Shown here: piece by piece, positions 9,873 to 20,441 of the stretch
Layout: every line of letters starts with the position of its first letter
Numbering within the stretch: the first letter of the stretch is position 1
IMG/VR virus record: IMGVR_UViG_3300009703_000024
Location: 1-53,170 of that record
Source: a virus
Taxonomy: Duplodnaviria > Caudoviricetes
Reading direction: 5' to 3' (one strand)
DNA: 53,170 nucleotides
Program-made: the position numbers and the translations under genes
Notes under the pieces: model-generated
Database searches by the model: none
Told to the model about the DNA's origin: nothing
The model's input: the letters and a program-made list of their open reading frames with translations, nothing else

Positions 9873-12800
9873 TTAGACCCCGTATTTATCTTCAAACCAT
9901 TGTTGCATATCATCATCTTGTGCATCTGTTAATAGTTGTGGCATCCCTATAATTTCGTGAACAATGAAACCCGGTGGTGCTAATTCATTAATGTCGCTTG
10001 TAACACCAGTTCCGTCAACAACTTCACAAAAAAAGTCAACCCCCCCTTGCCTATTTGCGCCAGTGTTTAGATATTTATGGCCCGAAGCCAATGTTATACC
10101 ATATTTTTCAGCCATTTGACCCTCAATCAAATCCCTTTCTGCATTGGTTAGTTGTCTATTATATTGTAATACTTCACCGATATAGCCATCTAATTTGTAA
10201 GTTGTGGGGGTATAACCCACACAATAAGGTTGAGATGTTGCCAATTTATGGTAGTTGACGGTTGCAGTACCCGCCGATGCACCATTAATTCTTAATTCAC
10301 AAGAGGCCGCACCACCAACCCCATTACCACCCGAAATAGTAGCGGTTAAAACTACTGGTGTATCTACCACAGAAGTACCCGTTGCTGCTTGTATTGCTTG
10401 CCAAGCAGAACCATCACCTATCCAAAATTCCCATTGGTTGTTTGAACCAGTCATATCGCTGTATAAATTCCATCCTTTGTATGTAGCATTATTACGATTA
10501 CTTACTATTCCTTCATAAGTAGCATTATCAGCACTTGTTGTCGTTACTACAATAACAGTAATATCATTAGTATTCAAATCTGCATCATAAGCCCTTTCCA
10601 AAAAGTCATTACCATCAAACTGAATTGCTGGTTTATTATTAAAAATACTAGATGGGGAACGGATAGTTGGCCGGTCTGTTCCCGCTGATGGTCCAAAATC
10701 GTGATTATTGCCACTTCTATCCACCCAATCAGCCAATGCTAATCCATCAAATGATGGATTATTAAAGTGATTAGCGTCTAAATGTAATACTAAACCCGAA
10801 CTTGGTAAAAGCCCACCATAATCAAATTGAACAGGTGCAGTGGGGGTCCACCCAGCCACCGCTGCTGCACTACCCCCGGTATTTTGTTGATTTCGCCATT
10901 TCCAAGTGGCATTAGTGCCGTGGTCTATTCGTAGTGAAACAAGAGCCGGAATACCTGCTGTTGGTCTTTGTGTGGTTGGACCTGCAAAGGCCGCCGTACC
11001 ACCCGTAGCGGTTAATTTTGGATTCGGGGTCACGGCGTGACCATCATCCAACAATAATTTGAAGTTATCATTAATTTCACTACGCATTAAAGTCAAAGGG
11101 GTACTGGCTGTATAAGTGGGTGTTATGACATAATAAAAGGTCCAATCACCGTCAGCCATATTTGCCCCTGTGGAGGGATATAATAGTGTTAAGTGTTCAG
11201 AAGCAAAGGGGGCGGCTACTACGCCCGAAACATCTGGTATTCTACCAAAAGTCAATGGCCCATTGACACCATGCCCATTAACCCAACCCGACCCACCATA
11301 GTATTGTTTTCCAGATAAATAGTTAGGAATAGTTGTGGTTGCGTGAACAGTCGGATTACCACCCGGCCATACCATCGGCCCTGTTGGTGGTGTTAGGGCT
11401 TCGGAGGTGGAAACGGCAACCAAACCTGCTCGATTGTTAGCATTACCACAATTTTGTTTCCAACGCCATCCATCACCCCACCCATATAGGGCATAATTTG
11501 TTGATGAAGCCACAATACCCGTTGCTTTGTTGGTCCACCAAAAAACATAATCATCATTTGATACAACATTTGACCCGTTGTATTTTTTGATGGTTGTTTT
11601 ATCATTTGCATCAAACCATAAAGCCACTAAGTGGTCTAAGGGTGGCTCATAAGAACCGGCAGACCCCGAAACACCCGATGTTTGTGTTTGTGTATTAGTA
11701 TTAAAACGAGATTTAGTAGCAATAAAATAGGCATCATTCCCATTACCAGTAATATCACTAAATCGTTGGTTTTGTGTTAGTCTGGCCCTTGTCATTTGGC
11801 CCGTTGGTCTTGTTTCTGTCTTTCCGGGGTCGATTACTAAATCCCCATTACCGAGAGTAAACCATACAGGGGTATTGTCAGGGTGACCAAATAGAAATCC
11901 CTGTGTATTTGGGTCATTATTTGAGGCTAATAAGGTACTTTGAACAACTACACATGGTGGCCTACCAAGTGACCCATTACCATTAAAATCAATAGCCACA
12001 ATTCTCATTCTTTCAATGGGATTTACCATTGGGTCAAGGTCAACACCCCCTTCGGGCGAACTATCATGGTAGCCAAAGGAACTTACAGTACCACCAGTCA
12101 TTGGGTCTGTTCCACTCACGTTTATTATAGCATTCAAATTAGAAACAGGAATACCGTCTGAATGATAAGTGGATTTTGTCACTTCGGCTTGAATATCAAG
12201 AATACCACTAGCCCACCATGTTTGTAATTGTAATTCTTCAACAGGTATTGATAATATATGCGAAGCCAACAATTCTAAAGCAGCAGGTCGTTCTATCACA
12301 CCACCCATAACACTACTAGGAAAATCTCGTATTGCGAAATACCCATAATCATAACCAGCGGCTAGAGTAAGCGGGTGACCACCAGCAGGGTTTACAGGCG
12401 CAGTTACTTCTATGGTAGTGAAATCATATCCTATACACACCATAGGTAGGGGCATTAGCCCCTCATTCTCTCTCCCCACCCCATCCTTACCTTGATGGGG
12501 GTGGGCGGGGTTGCGATTATTAAAAAAATACAAATCGGGTATATCATCTTCATCTTCAAAATTCCATAAACCAACCGCATCTGGTAAAACTGTAAACGGT
12601 TGCATTTTTGGCTCAATAATCCCCCGACTTACCCTAACGCTCTCTATTACACCACGAAACTCTCCACCTTGACCACCAATAAATAAATCAGATGAGCCAG
12701 AACGTATAATTCGTTCTTCACCACCAAAATCCATATCTGCAACCAAATCAGTATTAATATACACTTTCATTCGTTTTCCTGTAAATTGAGCATTAACATA

Positions 12801-13301
12801 TAATAATTCACGAGATGGTAAATCAAGGTCATGTGGCTTACTTTCTCCTGTTGCATAAGACCCCCAATTAGTATTCGTAACATTGGGGAAATTGTATGCC
12901 GATACCACCCTTTCAGCAGCCAAACTACCTTTTGAAGTAGTTGTATATAAATCAAATGTAACAGGACCGGGTTTGTGCGGCTCTCCTACTTTAAGCGTAA
13001 AACAATTGGGTTTATGGAGAATAACACCACCCTTATCAGGTATGAAAAATGATTCGATTGTAAATGGGCCGATTATATTATTAATGCTATTTCCTTCATT
13101 TGGTATGTGCCGTTTACCTATTTTGGTTTCATTACTTTCATAGGATGATACTTTATTACTACCACCTGTTTTTTCACTATGTGAAGCATTAAATAAATCC
13201 ACACCGCTTTCACGAAACGCACCAGTAGGAACTACTAAACCATCAGTATAGCCATTTAGCCTCACGGCTTTAGAATAAACACTATGTATTGGCATATTCA
13301 A
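9873..13301 (-). CDS. Tail-associated protein with several LamG/ConA-like domains (receptor-binding candidate)
   Basis: 1142 aa. FTIESFF...FRGVIESVRVSRG near the N-terminus, LWFDAND centrally, and LVLHLDA...WVDRSGNNH...YIGEVLQYNRQL near the C-terminus. Confidence 0.75.
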   Translation of the reverse strand: MNMPIHSVYSKAVRLNGYTDGLVVPTGAFRESGVDLFNASHSEKTGGSNKVSSYESNETKIGKRHIPNEGNSINNIIGPFTIESFFIPDKGGVILHKPNCFTLKVGEPHKPGPVTFDLYTTTSKGSLAAERVVSAYNFPNVTNTNWGSYATGESKPHDLDLPSRELLYVNAQFTGKRMKVYINTDLVADMDFGGEERIIRSGSSDLFIGGQGGEFRGVIESVRVSRGIIEPKMQPFTVLPDAVGLWNFEDEDDIPDLYFFNNRNPAHPHQGKDGVGRENEGLMPLPMVCIGYDFTTIEVTAPVNPAGGHPLTLAAGYDYGYFAIRDFPSSVMGGVIERPAALELLASHILSIPVEELQLQTWWASGILDIQAEVTKSTYHSDGIPVSNLNAIINVSGTDPMTGGTVSSFGYHDSSPEGGVDLDPMVNPIERMRIVAIDFNGNGSLGRPPCVVVQSTLLASNNDPNTQGFLFGHPDNTPVWFTLGNGDLVIDPGKTETRPTGQMTRARLTQNQRFSDITGNGNDAYFIATKSRFNTNTQTQTSGVSGSAGSYEPPLDHLVALWFDANDKTTIKKYNGSNVVSNDDYVFWWTNKATGIVASSTNYALYGWGDGWRWKQNCGNANNRAGLVAVSTSEALTPPTGPMVWPGGNPTVHATTTIPNYLSGKQYYGGSGWVNGHGVNGPLTFGRIPDVSGVVAAPFASEHLTLLYPSTGANMADGDWTFYYVITPTYTASTPLTLMRSEINDNFKLLLDDGHAVTPNPKLTATGGTAAFAGPTTQRPTAGIPALVSLRIDHGTNATWKWRNQQNTGGSAAAVAGWTPTAPVQFDYGGLLPSSGLVLHLDANHFNNPSFDGLALADWVDRSGNNHDFGPSAGTDRPTIRSPSSIFNNKPAIQFDGNDFLERAYDADLNTNDITVIVVTTTSADNATYEGIVSNRNNATYKGWNLYSDMTGSNNQWEFWIGDGSAWQAIQAATGTSVVDTPVVLTATISGGNGVGGAASCELRINGASAGTATVNYHKLATSQPYCVGYTPTTYKLDGYIGEVLQYNRQLTNAERDLIEGQMAEKYGITLASGHKYLNTGANRQGGVDFFCEVVDGTGVTSDINELAPPGFIVHEIIGMPQLLTDAQDDDMQQWFEDKYGV

Positions 13302-14566
13302 ATCCCCAGTAGTTGTTCACAAGCAGCGAAAGTGAGATTGTAAAGCCAAACAGAATCACCCGCTTCATAACTTGGATTGAAAGTTTGAACTACCCCCGGA
13401 ATGGCTATCCCCTGTCTAAAAAATGGGTTTGGCCTAACACTTTCACCACCTATTACATCAATTGGGTCAAATGATGTAGTGTTTTTTTCCGCAGCGTAAT
13501 CAGTTCCCGGTCCAGAAGGTAAAATAAATTGCCTTAATATTTCATTTGCACCACCAGTAGCGGTTACCATAGATTCGTAAGGTATTCGTATTCCAACAAT
13601 ATATTTTTTAACGGCATCGGATTGTGATATGCGTAAAAAGGTAGATACATCTAATGATGATAGTGAATCCGGCATCTCTATTAAATCACCCGTAAATGAT
13701 TGGGTTGATAACATACCCCCACCGGGTGAAGCATTTATGGTCATATTAATAAGGTCTTGAATTTTATCCCCTTTGCTCATTTTAGTTCCCGAAACACCAT
13801 CAGTAAAGGCGGTTGTTGTGTAAAATGAACTAGCCCAATTTTGTGTTGTGCTTACACCAATTGCGCCTGTTTTCACTATTGGTGTATTACCATCACTATC
13901 TTTAGTAGTATTTGTTAAAGTTATCTTTTCGTTTGTTAAAGCGGGTATTGATTGGTCTGTTGAACTATTCAAATTATTCCCAGTAGTTTGAGTTATAGTG
14001 AAAATACTAGAAATAGCAGTTGTAACAGTATTTACTTTTACATTACCTCCCGTTAGGGCGGTGTTAATTGCAGTAGCAATATCACCTGTATTGTTTATTG
14101 TTCCACTAATATCAACTGGAACAATGCTTTTTGTCGCCACAGTTGGTGATAAAGAGCCAGTAGCATAAAACTGCAATGTGATGTTTTCACCCAACCCTGC
14201 CGTCATTTGACCTGCTGATTTGAAAACTATTTGTTTACCCCCCAAAGCCGTCACCATTGCAGCAATATTAGCATTACCCGCTTCGTCTTGTTGTTGTGTG
14301 AACCACGAAGAAAATAAACCAGTAGGGCGTGATAAATCAAAATGTGCTACTGCCCCCGTTGAACCACTAACACTATCATCATCTCTTAAAATCCCATCAA
14401 CAGTAATATTCAATGTGTTTGTATTCAAGTCAAGACCTGCCCTTACACCATAAATCGGTATAGGCCATACCGCCACCCCTCTTGTAACTTGAAATGCTAT
14501 ATTACTTGCTTCTAGTTCTATAATTCCACCGTCTTTTCGTATTAATTGAATTTTTGGCATACTCAA
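13298..14566 (-). CDS. Distal tail (Dit-like) structural protein
   Basis: 422 aa, immediately after the tape measure. Beta-rich termini (ITVDGIL; VQTFNPSY...WLYNLTF) flank a Thr-rich insertion. Call is mainly positional. Confidence 0.5.
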   Translation of the reverse strand: MSMPKIQLIRKDGGIIELEASNIAFQVTRGVAVWPIPIYGVRAGLDLNTNTLNITVDGILRDDDSVSGSTGAVAHFDLSRPTGLFSSWFTQQQDEAGNANIAAMVTALGGKQIVFKSAGQMTAGLGENITLQFYATGSLSPTVATKSIVPVDISGTINNTGDIATAINTALTGGNVKVNTVTTAISSIFTITQTTGNNLNSSTDQSIPALTNEKITLTNTTKDSDGNTPIVKTGAIGVSTTQNWASSFYTTTAFTDGVSGTKMSKGDKIQDLINMTINASPGGGMLSTQSFTGDLIEMPDSLSSLDVSTFLRISQSDAVKKYIVGIRIPYESMVTATGGANEILRQFILPSGPGTDYAAEKNTTSFDPIDVIGGESVRPNPFFRQGIAIPGVVQTFNPSYEAGDSVWLYNLTFAACEQLLGI

Positions 14567-16107
14567 ACACCCCTACTAAAACCACTACCACGAGAACGGC
14601 TCTTGAATACTCTTCCTACTTCCTCACCAACTAATCGGGCTATTTTTCGTGGGTCGCCATTAGCACCAGTCACATTGATATTTACGGTTGTTTCACCACC
14701 ACCAGTACCAGCACCATTAACAGTAACAGGGATGGTGCGGCCATCAGGTAGTGGAACAACTGCTTCTGTTCCATGTAGTGTCATAGGATAACCAGTTGAA
14801 GGACCAGATGCGATACCCCCTCTAGCCATTCCGGGGGCATCATCACCACCGAAACCGAAGAAACCACCAATACCATCAACAACCCACATAACAGCATCTA
14901 TTAATGGTTGGATATAATCTAAAAGATTGTCTATCATTTCACTACCATAGGTCCATATTCTTGAAAATGCGTCTTGAATTGCGGTCCAAACACCAAAAAT
15001 TATTTCTTTGGCCTTTTTGGTATCGCCACTTAATACCGCTACAATTGCTCTAATAACACCAACAACAGTAGTTAGAACTATTCCAATGAAGGTTAAGACC
15101 ATTTTGAATCCACTCATAAATGCCTTCGCTAAGGGTTTAATATACGGCCAAATCCATTTAATAACTTTAATAACTAATGCAATTATTTCTCCCGTAGCCA
15201 TTGCTACTGAACCCACAAGTTCCCCTATCACACTTATTGCATAAACAAGAAAATCAATCATTCCAGAATCTTCAAGGTAAGCAACAAAATCAGCCCACAA
15301 ATCAGTTAATATGGTTATGAATTCTTCCACATCACTAGCACCAAAGGCTTCCATAATGGAATTCAAAGCAGACATAAAACCGTCATAAATATCAGTAAAG
15401 GCTGTAATTATTGTTTCAACTATCCCTGCCTCAACAAAAGCACCCAATAAAAGACCTATTGAATCATAAACGGACCCATAAAACCTGAAATAGAAATTCA
15501 TTATTTCAGTAAGGGTAGGTATAACATCCATTCCAATACCCGCAGCATCGAGTTCGGGCAATACAATATCATTAAAGGCTGCTTTTATATCGTCAATGGC
15601 TATTTGTAAGCCAGCAAATATTTCCCCAATAATAGCCAAATCTTCTAACCATTTCCTTAAAGAGCCACCACCCTCATCAAAGGCAGCGGTAAATAGCATT
15701 AGACCCCCTACTACTGCAAAAATCAAACCTATAATTGGCAATATACTACTTAACATTCCCATAAATAAGTATTTTGTTGCACCAAGAACCTTTGTTAATG
15801 GCATAAATACCTTTGTTAAAAGACCAGTTGAAGCACCAACAACGGCCATTGAGCCACTTAATTTCTTTGTTGCTTCACTAGCCTCTTCTGCACCCTCTCC
15901 CACATCTCCACCAACATCACCAAAAGTAGAACTGATACTTTTTAATGCCATATCCCATTTCATATATGTTGTATAAAGTGGCCCTAATGCTTTCATTAAT
16001 ATTCGGTGTTTATCGGGTAAGACTGTAAGAATATCTGAATACTGTTGGAGAGTTTTTACCGTATTAACAGTATCAAGAGCCATCCCTGCGGTCTTTTCAC
16101 TAGCCAT
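14563..16107 (-). CDS. Tail tape measure protein
   Basis: 514 aa, helical and hydrophobic with periodic W/F residues. C-terminal MARGGIASGP...HGTEAVVPL is typical of TMP ends. Follows the tail chaperones. Confidence 0.85.
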   Translation of the reverse strand: MASEKTAGMALDTVNTVKTLQQYSDILTVLPDKHRILMKALGPLYTTYMKWDMALKSISSTFGDVGGDVGEGAEEASEATKKLSGSMAVVGASTGLLTKVFMPLTKVLGATKYLFMGMLSSILPIIGLIFAVVGGLMLFTAAFDEGGGSLRKWLEDLAIIGEIFAGLQIAIDDIKAAFNDIVLPELDAAGIGMDVIPTLTEIMNFYFRFYGSVYDSIGLLLGAFVEAGIVETIITAFTDIYDGFMSALNSIMEAFGASDVEEFITILTDLWADFVAYLEDSGMIDFLVYAISVIGELVGSVAMATGEIIALVIKVIKWIWPYIKPLAKAFMSGFKMVLTFIGIVLTTVVGVIRAIVAVLSGDTKKAKEIIFGVWTAIQDAFSRIWTYGSEMIDNLLDYIQPLIDAVMWVVDGIGGFFGFGGDDAPGMARGGIASGPSTGYPMTLHGTEAVVPLPDGRTIPVTVNGAGTGGGETTVNINVTGANGDPRKIARLVGEEVGRVFKSRSRGSGFSRGV

Positions 16108-16408
16108 CGTCTTTCAGCCTCGCATTCATTCGTTCAAAGAAATCAGTATCACTTGTAGTTCGAACAGCCCTACCCTTTGTGTTACCGAAACCCTGTTCAC
16201 GCTTTACTTTATTTATAGATTCGGCTTCAATCTCCTTAAAAACAGACAAAGTAAAATAATCCAACATTACCCGTTCAGGTGTTAAATTATCCCATGAATG
16301 GGGTGGGCATTTGAAAAATTGACCTAGAAAAAAGGTGGGTAAGGCGTGTGCCAGTATTGGTATTTTTTCAATACCAACACTCAAATCACCCTCTCCGTCC
16401 CAAGTCAT
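16100..16408 (-). CDS. Tail assembly chaperone, frameshift (T) segment
   Basis: Lies between the chaperone and the TMP. Its frame stays open upstream to 16480 and overlaps the end of the chaperone gene in the -1 frame. Confidence 0.65.
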   Translation of the reverse strand: MTWDGEGDLSVGIEKIPILAHALPTFFLGQFFKCPPHSWDNLTPERVMLDYFTLSVFKEIEAESINKVKREQGFGNTKGRAVRTTSDTDFFERMNARLKDDG

Positions 16409-16431
16409 AAAACTACGAACATCATCAAGGG

Positions 16432-16812
16432 TTATACCAAAGGGCCAGCAACACCGCCAGCCAATCCCTGCATCAATGAATCAAACGAAGGTAATAATGA
16501 TTGAATCGCCTCTCCTACTTCTGGTTTGAGATTCAGTAGTTCTGACTTACTCAAAATAGGGTCAGTGCGCTCAATACAAGTGCTGTAAACAAATTCCCAA
16601 TATCCACCAAAATCAATATTAGGGGCCATATCCCCTTTACTATTAGGTGTAATACTAACAAATCGTGTTAAAGCATTTTGTCGTTCAATCCAAGAAAGGG
16701 GTTTAATCCATAAGGCTAGTTCCCCGAAGGGGGTATCAACTGTATGCCTAATTGCATCATTTCCTACTACTAAGTCACTCGCTTTCGCTTTCTCCGTCAT
16801 TTTCATCACCAT
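16432..16812 (-). CDS. Tail assembly chaperone (G-like)
   Basis: About 126 aa, between tail tube and TMP, with a slippery site at its 3' end. Confidence 0.7.
   Translation of the reverse strand: MVMKMTEKAKASDLVVGNDAIRHTVDTPFGELALWIKPLSWIERQNALTRFVSITPNSKGDMAPNIDFGGYWEFVYSTCIERTDPILSKSELLNLKPEVGEAIQSLLPSFDSLMQGLAGGVAGPLV
16438..16444 (-). other. Programmed -1 ribosomal frameshift heptamer C CCT TTG
   Basis: Zero frame GGC CCT TTG GTA TAA; -1 frame CCC TTT GGT ATA ACC CTT GAT GAT GTT CGT AGT TTT ATG runs in frame into 16100..16408. Matches X XXY YYZ at the canonical lambda G/GT position. Confidence 0.7.
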
Positions 16813-17170
16813 CAGTTATTGGTTCGGTTTCTTCACTTTCTTCAACTGATTCATCATCGGCAATTAATCGAGCAACAATTTCTGCTTTTGTTCCACTTAC
16901 TGTTAGCCCACGCTGACTACACAAAACCTGTAAATCGGTTTTGGTTGTATCTTCGTAAGTCGTTGGTTCTGTGTTAGCAACGACTGGTGTTTCTGGTGTT
17001 GAAGGAGGTGGGGCGGGTGTTTCAATGTTATTGTGAACGGTAATACCACTAGCCGATAGGCCAGCCCCCTCCACAATACCTTTGTCTGTTATCATCCAAT
17101 TAAGTAATTCTCGCCTTCCGGCAATCGTTACGAACCCTGTTAGCCTTACCATTGTTATCAACCCTATCAT
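16775..17170 (-). CDS. SAP-domain protein with acidic tail
   Basis: TKTDLQVLCSQRGLTVSGTKAEIVARL matches the SAP consensus. True start may be MVRLTG (about 17152). Confidence 0.75.
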   Translation of the reverse strand: MIGLITMVRLTGFVTIAGRRELLNWMITDKGIVEGAGLSASGITVHNNIETPAPPPSTPETPVVANTEPTTYEDTTKTDLQVLCSQRGLTVSGTKAEIVARLIADDESVEESEETEPITDGDENDGESESE

Positions 17171-17263
17171 CCATTACTATTAGTTATTGTGATTATGACT
17201 TAAATTTTCCTTTGTTGCCTAAAAAGTCTTTTTCTTACTATTGGGTCATTTATGATAAAACAC

Positions 17264-19558
17264 CTACAAAGTGAAATAAGGATTGGTTTCGGTTACTTTA
17301 ACATGTCTTAATGCAATATGAACATCAGCGGTTACTGGCCCTTTATCATCAGGTAATGGGTGTTCAGCCTTTACTACTGTATAATCTTCAATAGTAATCG
17401 CTGCATTCTGTCTTGTTGCATGGGAACCGGGTTTTGTTAATGTCAAGGTAATATCATTACTATTGGTGTGGTGTTTACGTTGTCGCAATTCATCAAACCA
17501 ACGAGTATCTTCAACTAAAGCAGAAAAACTAAGTTCATAATCACGGGCCGCTTCTGTTATTTCAGCCGCATATTGTGTTGATGCTTCGGCAACTTGGTCG
17601 GCAGCAGCATAAGAACCATCAGTACCCCGAACATACCATCTAGCCTCATTATTATTATTTATTTTCAAATCAATATTGGTAGCACGAAGTATGCTTGCGC
17701 CAAATGCTTCAAATGAAACATGTTGGAATAAATAAGGCTTTTCACCATTAACTGCAATACCCGAAACCCTACGATTTACTTGTGTATTAGCGGTATTTTC
17801 AAACATACGATGTGGTGTAATGAATTTTTCAGTTGTATCTGTAAACATACGACCCGCTTCATAATCACCTTTCACTTTTAGTTCCCCTTCACTATCTGCT
17901 ACACAATTAAGATTTCCAACTTTACAACCAGAATAAACTCTCATCATTTGTTCAGCACCCGGTGTTACATCGGTTTGTCGGAATGATTGTTCAATAGTAA
18001 AAGAGGGTAAGTAAGAATACCCGAAGAAATTGTGGGCTACACCATATTTTAATTCAAAGGTGCTATCAAGTATCGCAGGGCTTCCTCTCTCCCATGCTAT
18101 GCTGTTTGTGCTATCCCATGTGTATTGCATCCTTTCAACACCACATGAAGCGGCTGTGTGTTCAAATAAGAATGGTTCTTCAACATACACATATTCTGCA
18201 TCTCCACCATCGGATGTCCCAACACCAATTACCCTGCGTATCTCGTGTTTGTTGAGTGTTGGTAATTCTGCATCTGCACCGGGGATTTGAACTGTGTCCT
18301 TATCCACGATTTGAATATAATCACCTATTGCGAATTTAGCGGCATTTGTAGCACCCAAATCAATTCTAATATCACCTGCTGAAATATCCGTATCAATTTT
18401 AGCCAATACATAAACTGAACGATTCGCTACTATTGCAGTTGCTACTGCACCTGCGGTAATGTCAACACAACTTGAAATGGCTGTGGTTGCACCCGCACCC
18501 GCACCATAATATCCGTATTGTACACCACCTGTATCACTTTGCTCAAGAACCTTAAAAACACCAGTTGAGCCGATATTTTCGAAAATATCATTATAATTAG
18601 ATGTATTGATATTCACTACACCATTACCAGCAGCAGATGTACCGCTACCAATAGTGGTTTTACCACCAATCAAACAATCTGCATTGATAGCAATATCTGT
18701 TCCACCACCACCCGCTATACCCGTTGCTGTTGATGGTGCAGTAATTACTGTCACATCTTCAACTTGTGATATATCACCCACTTGTTGTGCATAAAATGCC
18801 GCAGTAGCGGGTTTTATGTTAAGAGGTGGTGCTGATAAAATAGTATCTGCGGCAGTAACATTCGAAAACTCGCCTAAACCAAGAGCAGTGTGACCACCAA
18901 GAGCATATTTGAAAAAGCGTAAACTGTGGGCATTCGTGTCAAACGCCCCACCACTAAGGGTTTCTTTACCGCTAGTCAAAACATTAACATCACGCCCCAT
19001 CCCAACAATGTGTTGTTTCCTTACATCTATTTCTGATTCGGGTAGTGAAAATGAGTTAAGTAATCCTAAGAATTGGTCTGCTTTGATACGCTCATCCGTT
19101 CCGGGGTTACAAGACGCATCAAAAGTAGGAACACGAAGGTTATCAATAAGGAAATACTTGTCACTTGTTCCTACTACCGCTGCACCTACTGTTGCTAATC
19201 GTGGTTGAATAGTAATAGTATCAGCGTCATTAGCAGTAATATAAAAGGTGCGTTTTGTTGAAGAATAATCATCAAGTAGATGGTTACCAGCCGCATCATA
19301 AAATCGCAAAGTTGCCCCAACAAGCATATTTTTAGGGACCATCATATTACCAGCCGTATCAACCCAATACATTCCTTCGCCCACATGAATTGTGGATGTG
19401 TTTGTGGTTGGGCCTACTTGAGTCGTTTTCCATCCATCGGTGGCTGTTGTTCCATCGACCCATGTTCCTGTTCCGTGGCCGATAAGACCAGTCTCTTTAG
19501 CCAATGATACTTCGGCCAAATCTCCTTTGTAAACTAAATTCGTTGCCATATTTCTCAT
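17264..19558 (-). CDS. Major tail tube protein with large inserted domains
   Basis: 764 aa, between tail terminator and chaperones. The C-terminal part has tube-like motifs (LPSFTIEQ, YSGCKVGNL, ELKVKGDYEA, YELSFSA). No sheath gene is seen. Confidence 0.7.
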   Translation of the reverse strand: MRNMATNLVYKGDLAEVSLAKETGLIGHGTGTWVDGTTATDGWKTTQVGPTTNTSTIHVGEGMYWVDTAGNMMVPKNMLVGATLRFYDAAGNHLLDDYSSTKRTFYITANDADTITIQPRLATVGAAVVGTSDKYFLIDNLRVPTFDASCNPGTDERIKADQFLGLLNSFSLPESEIDVRKQHIVGMGRDVNVLTSGKETLSGGAFDTNAHSLRFFKYALGGHTALGLGEFSNVTAADTILSAPPLNIKPATAAFYAQQVGDISQVEDVTVITAPSTATGIAGGGGTDIAINADCLIGGKTTIGSGTSAAGNGVVNINTSNYNDIFENIGSTGVFKVLEQSDTGGVQYGYYGAGAGATTAISSCVDITAGAVATAIVANRSVYVLAKIDTDISAGDIRIDLGATNAAKFAIGDYIQIVDKDTVQIPGADAELPTLNKHEIRRVIGVGTSDGGDAEYVYVEEPFLFEHTAASCGVERMQYTWDSTNSIAWERGSPAILDSTFELKYGVAHNFFGYSYLPSFTIEQSFRQTDVTPGAEQMMRVYSGCKVGNLNCVADSEGELKVKGDYEAGRMFTDTTEKFITPHRMFENTANTQVNRRVSGIAVNGEKPYLFQHVSFEAFGASILRATNIDLKINNNNEARWYVRGTDGSYAAADQVAEASTQYAAEITEAARDYELSFSALVEDTRWFDELRQRKHHTNSNDITLTLTKPGSHATRQNAAITIEDYTVVKAEHPLPDDKGPVTADVHIALRHVKVTETNPYFTL

Positions 19559-19559
19559 C

Positions 19560-19991
19560 TCAAATTATTTCTAATGGTTGTGCGAAAGTCACTACCTCCA
19601 CCTGCATAGTATAACGGAACAACCTCTTGCTACGGTCTGACAAATCGGTTCTCGTTTTGAAGATTGCCCTGTCAAAGTTACTACCATCACCTTTTCGGTT
19701 CTTATGGATGATGCGCCGTACCTCATCTCTTAGGTCACTTAAACGCTCACGCCCCTTGACTGTTCGCATATCAATTGTTAAATTAACATGTTCATTTACG
19801 AAATCAAAAAGTAGTTCTGGTTGGGCTTCATTGTGGGCTGTTTCAAAAATTCTGATTATGTCGTGGTCTTGAAGTCTGGTCCTTTTTCCCTCTCCTACAT
19901 CTAATGTAGCAATATCTAAAATAGATGGTTTAGGTGATATATTCCAACCAGTGTCTATTAAAGACTGGATTGCCGAAATTGCATCAACCAT
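19560..19991 (-). CDS. Tail completion/terminator-like protein
   Basis: 143 aa immediately upstream of the tube gene; alpha/beta pattern (VNLTIDMRT...LRDEVRRII...RYTMQVEV). Positional call. Confidence 0.55.
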   Translation of the reverse strand: MVDAISAIQSLIDTGWNISPKPSILDIATLDVGEGKRTRLQDHDIIRIFETAHNEAQPELLFDFVNEHVNLTIDMRTVKGRERLSDLRDEVRRIIHKNRKGDGSNFDRAIFKTRTDLSDRSKRLFRYTMQVEVVTFAQPLEII

Positions 19992-19997
19992 TTATCA

Positions 19998-20261
19998 TCA
20001 ACTCACTAATTCGGCTTCCGCTTGCTCAACATCACTAGCGAAAGGACTTGATATTTTATGACTTTTCATTATGTTGGCTAATTCTTCATCATTTAACCCA
20101 CCATATTCATCAGCATTATTTTTCTCAAAAATTAATAGCCGTTCTAAATGGTTTGGCTCTAATGATATTTGCCGCTGTTGCGCTAACAATAAATTCTTAA
20201 CAAGTCGTGATTTCTTTTCCCAAAATTTAATAATTTGTGGATGTGGTACTGTGGCTTTCAT
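19998..20261 (-). CDS. Hypothetical protein (neck region)
   Basis: 87 aa, overlapping the upstream stop and preceded by a GGGGTGATG SD-like motif. Confidence 0.6.
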   Translation of the reverse strand: MKATVPHPQIIKFWEKKSRLVKNLLLAQQRQISLEPNHLERLLIFEKNNADEYGGLNDEELANIMKSHKISSPFASDVEQAEAELVS

Positions 20262-20440
20262 ACATCATCACCCCTCATTGCGTCTATACCTGCACCTGTG
20301 GCTTTGTCTTTAACATCACATACACGACAAAGATGCTTTCCCGAAAGATTGCTCGCAATAACACCATACGACCCACAACCTTCACAATTATCAATCATTT
20401 TACCCGATGCGGTCCACCGGCGTTCTTTTTTAATTTCCAT
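20258..20440 (-). CDS. Small CxxC...CxxC zinc-ribbon protein
   Basis: 60 aa with CEGC and CRVC; tightly packed between its neighbours. Confidence 0.6.
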   Translation of the reverse strand: MEIKKERRWTASGKMIDNCEGCGSYGVIASNLSGKHLCRVCDVKDKATGAGIDAMRGDDV

Positions 20441-20441
20441 C

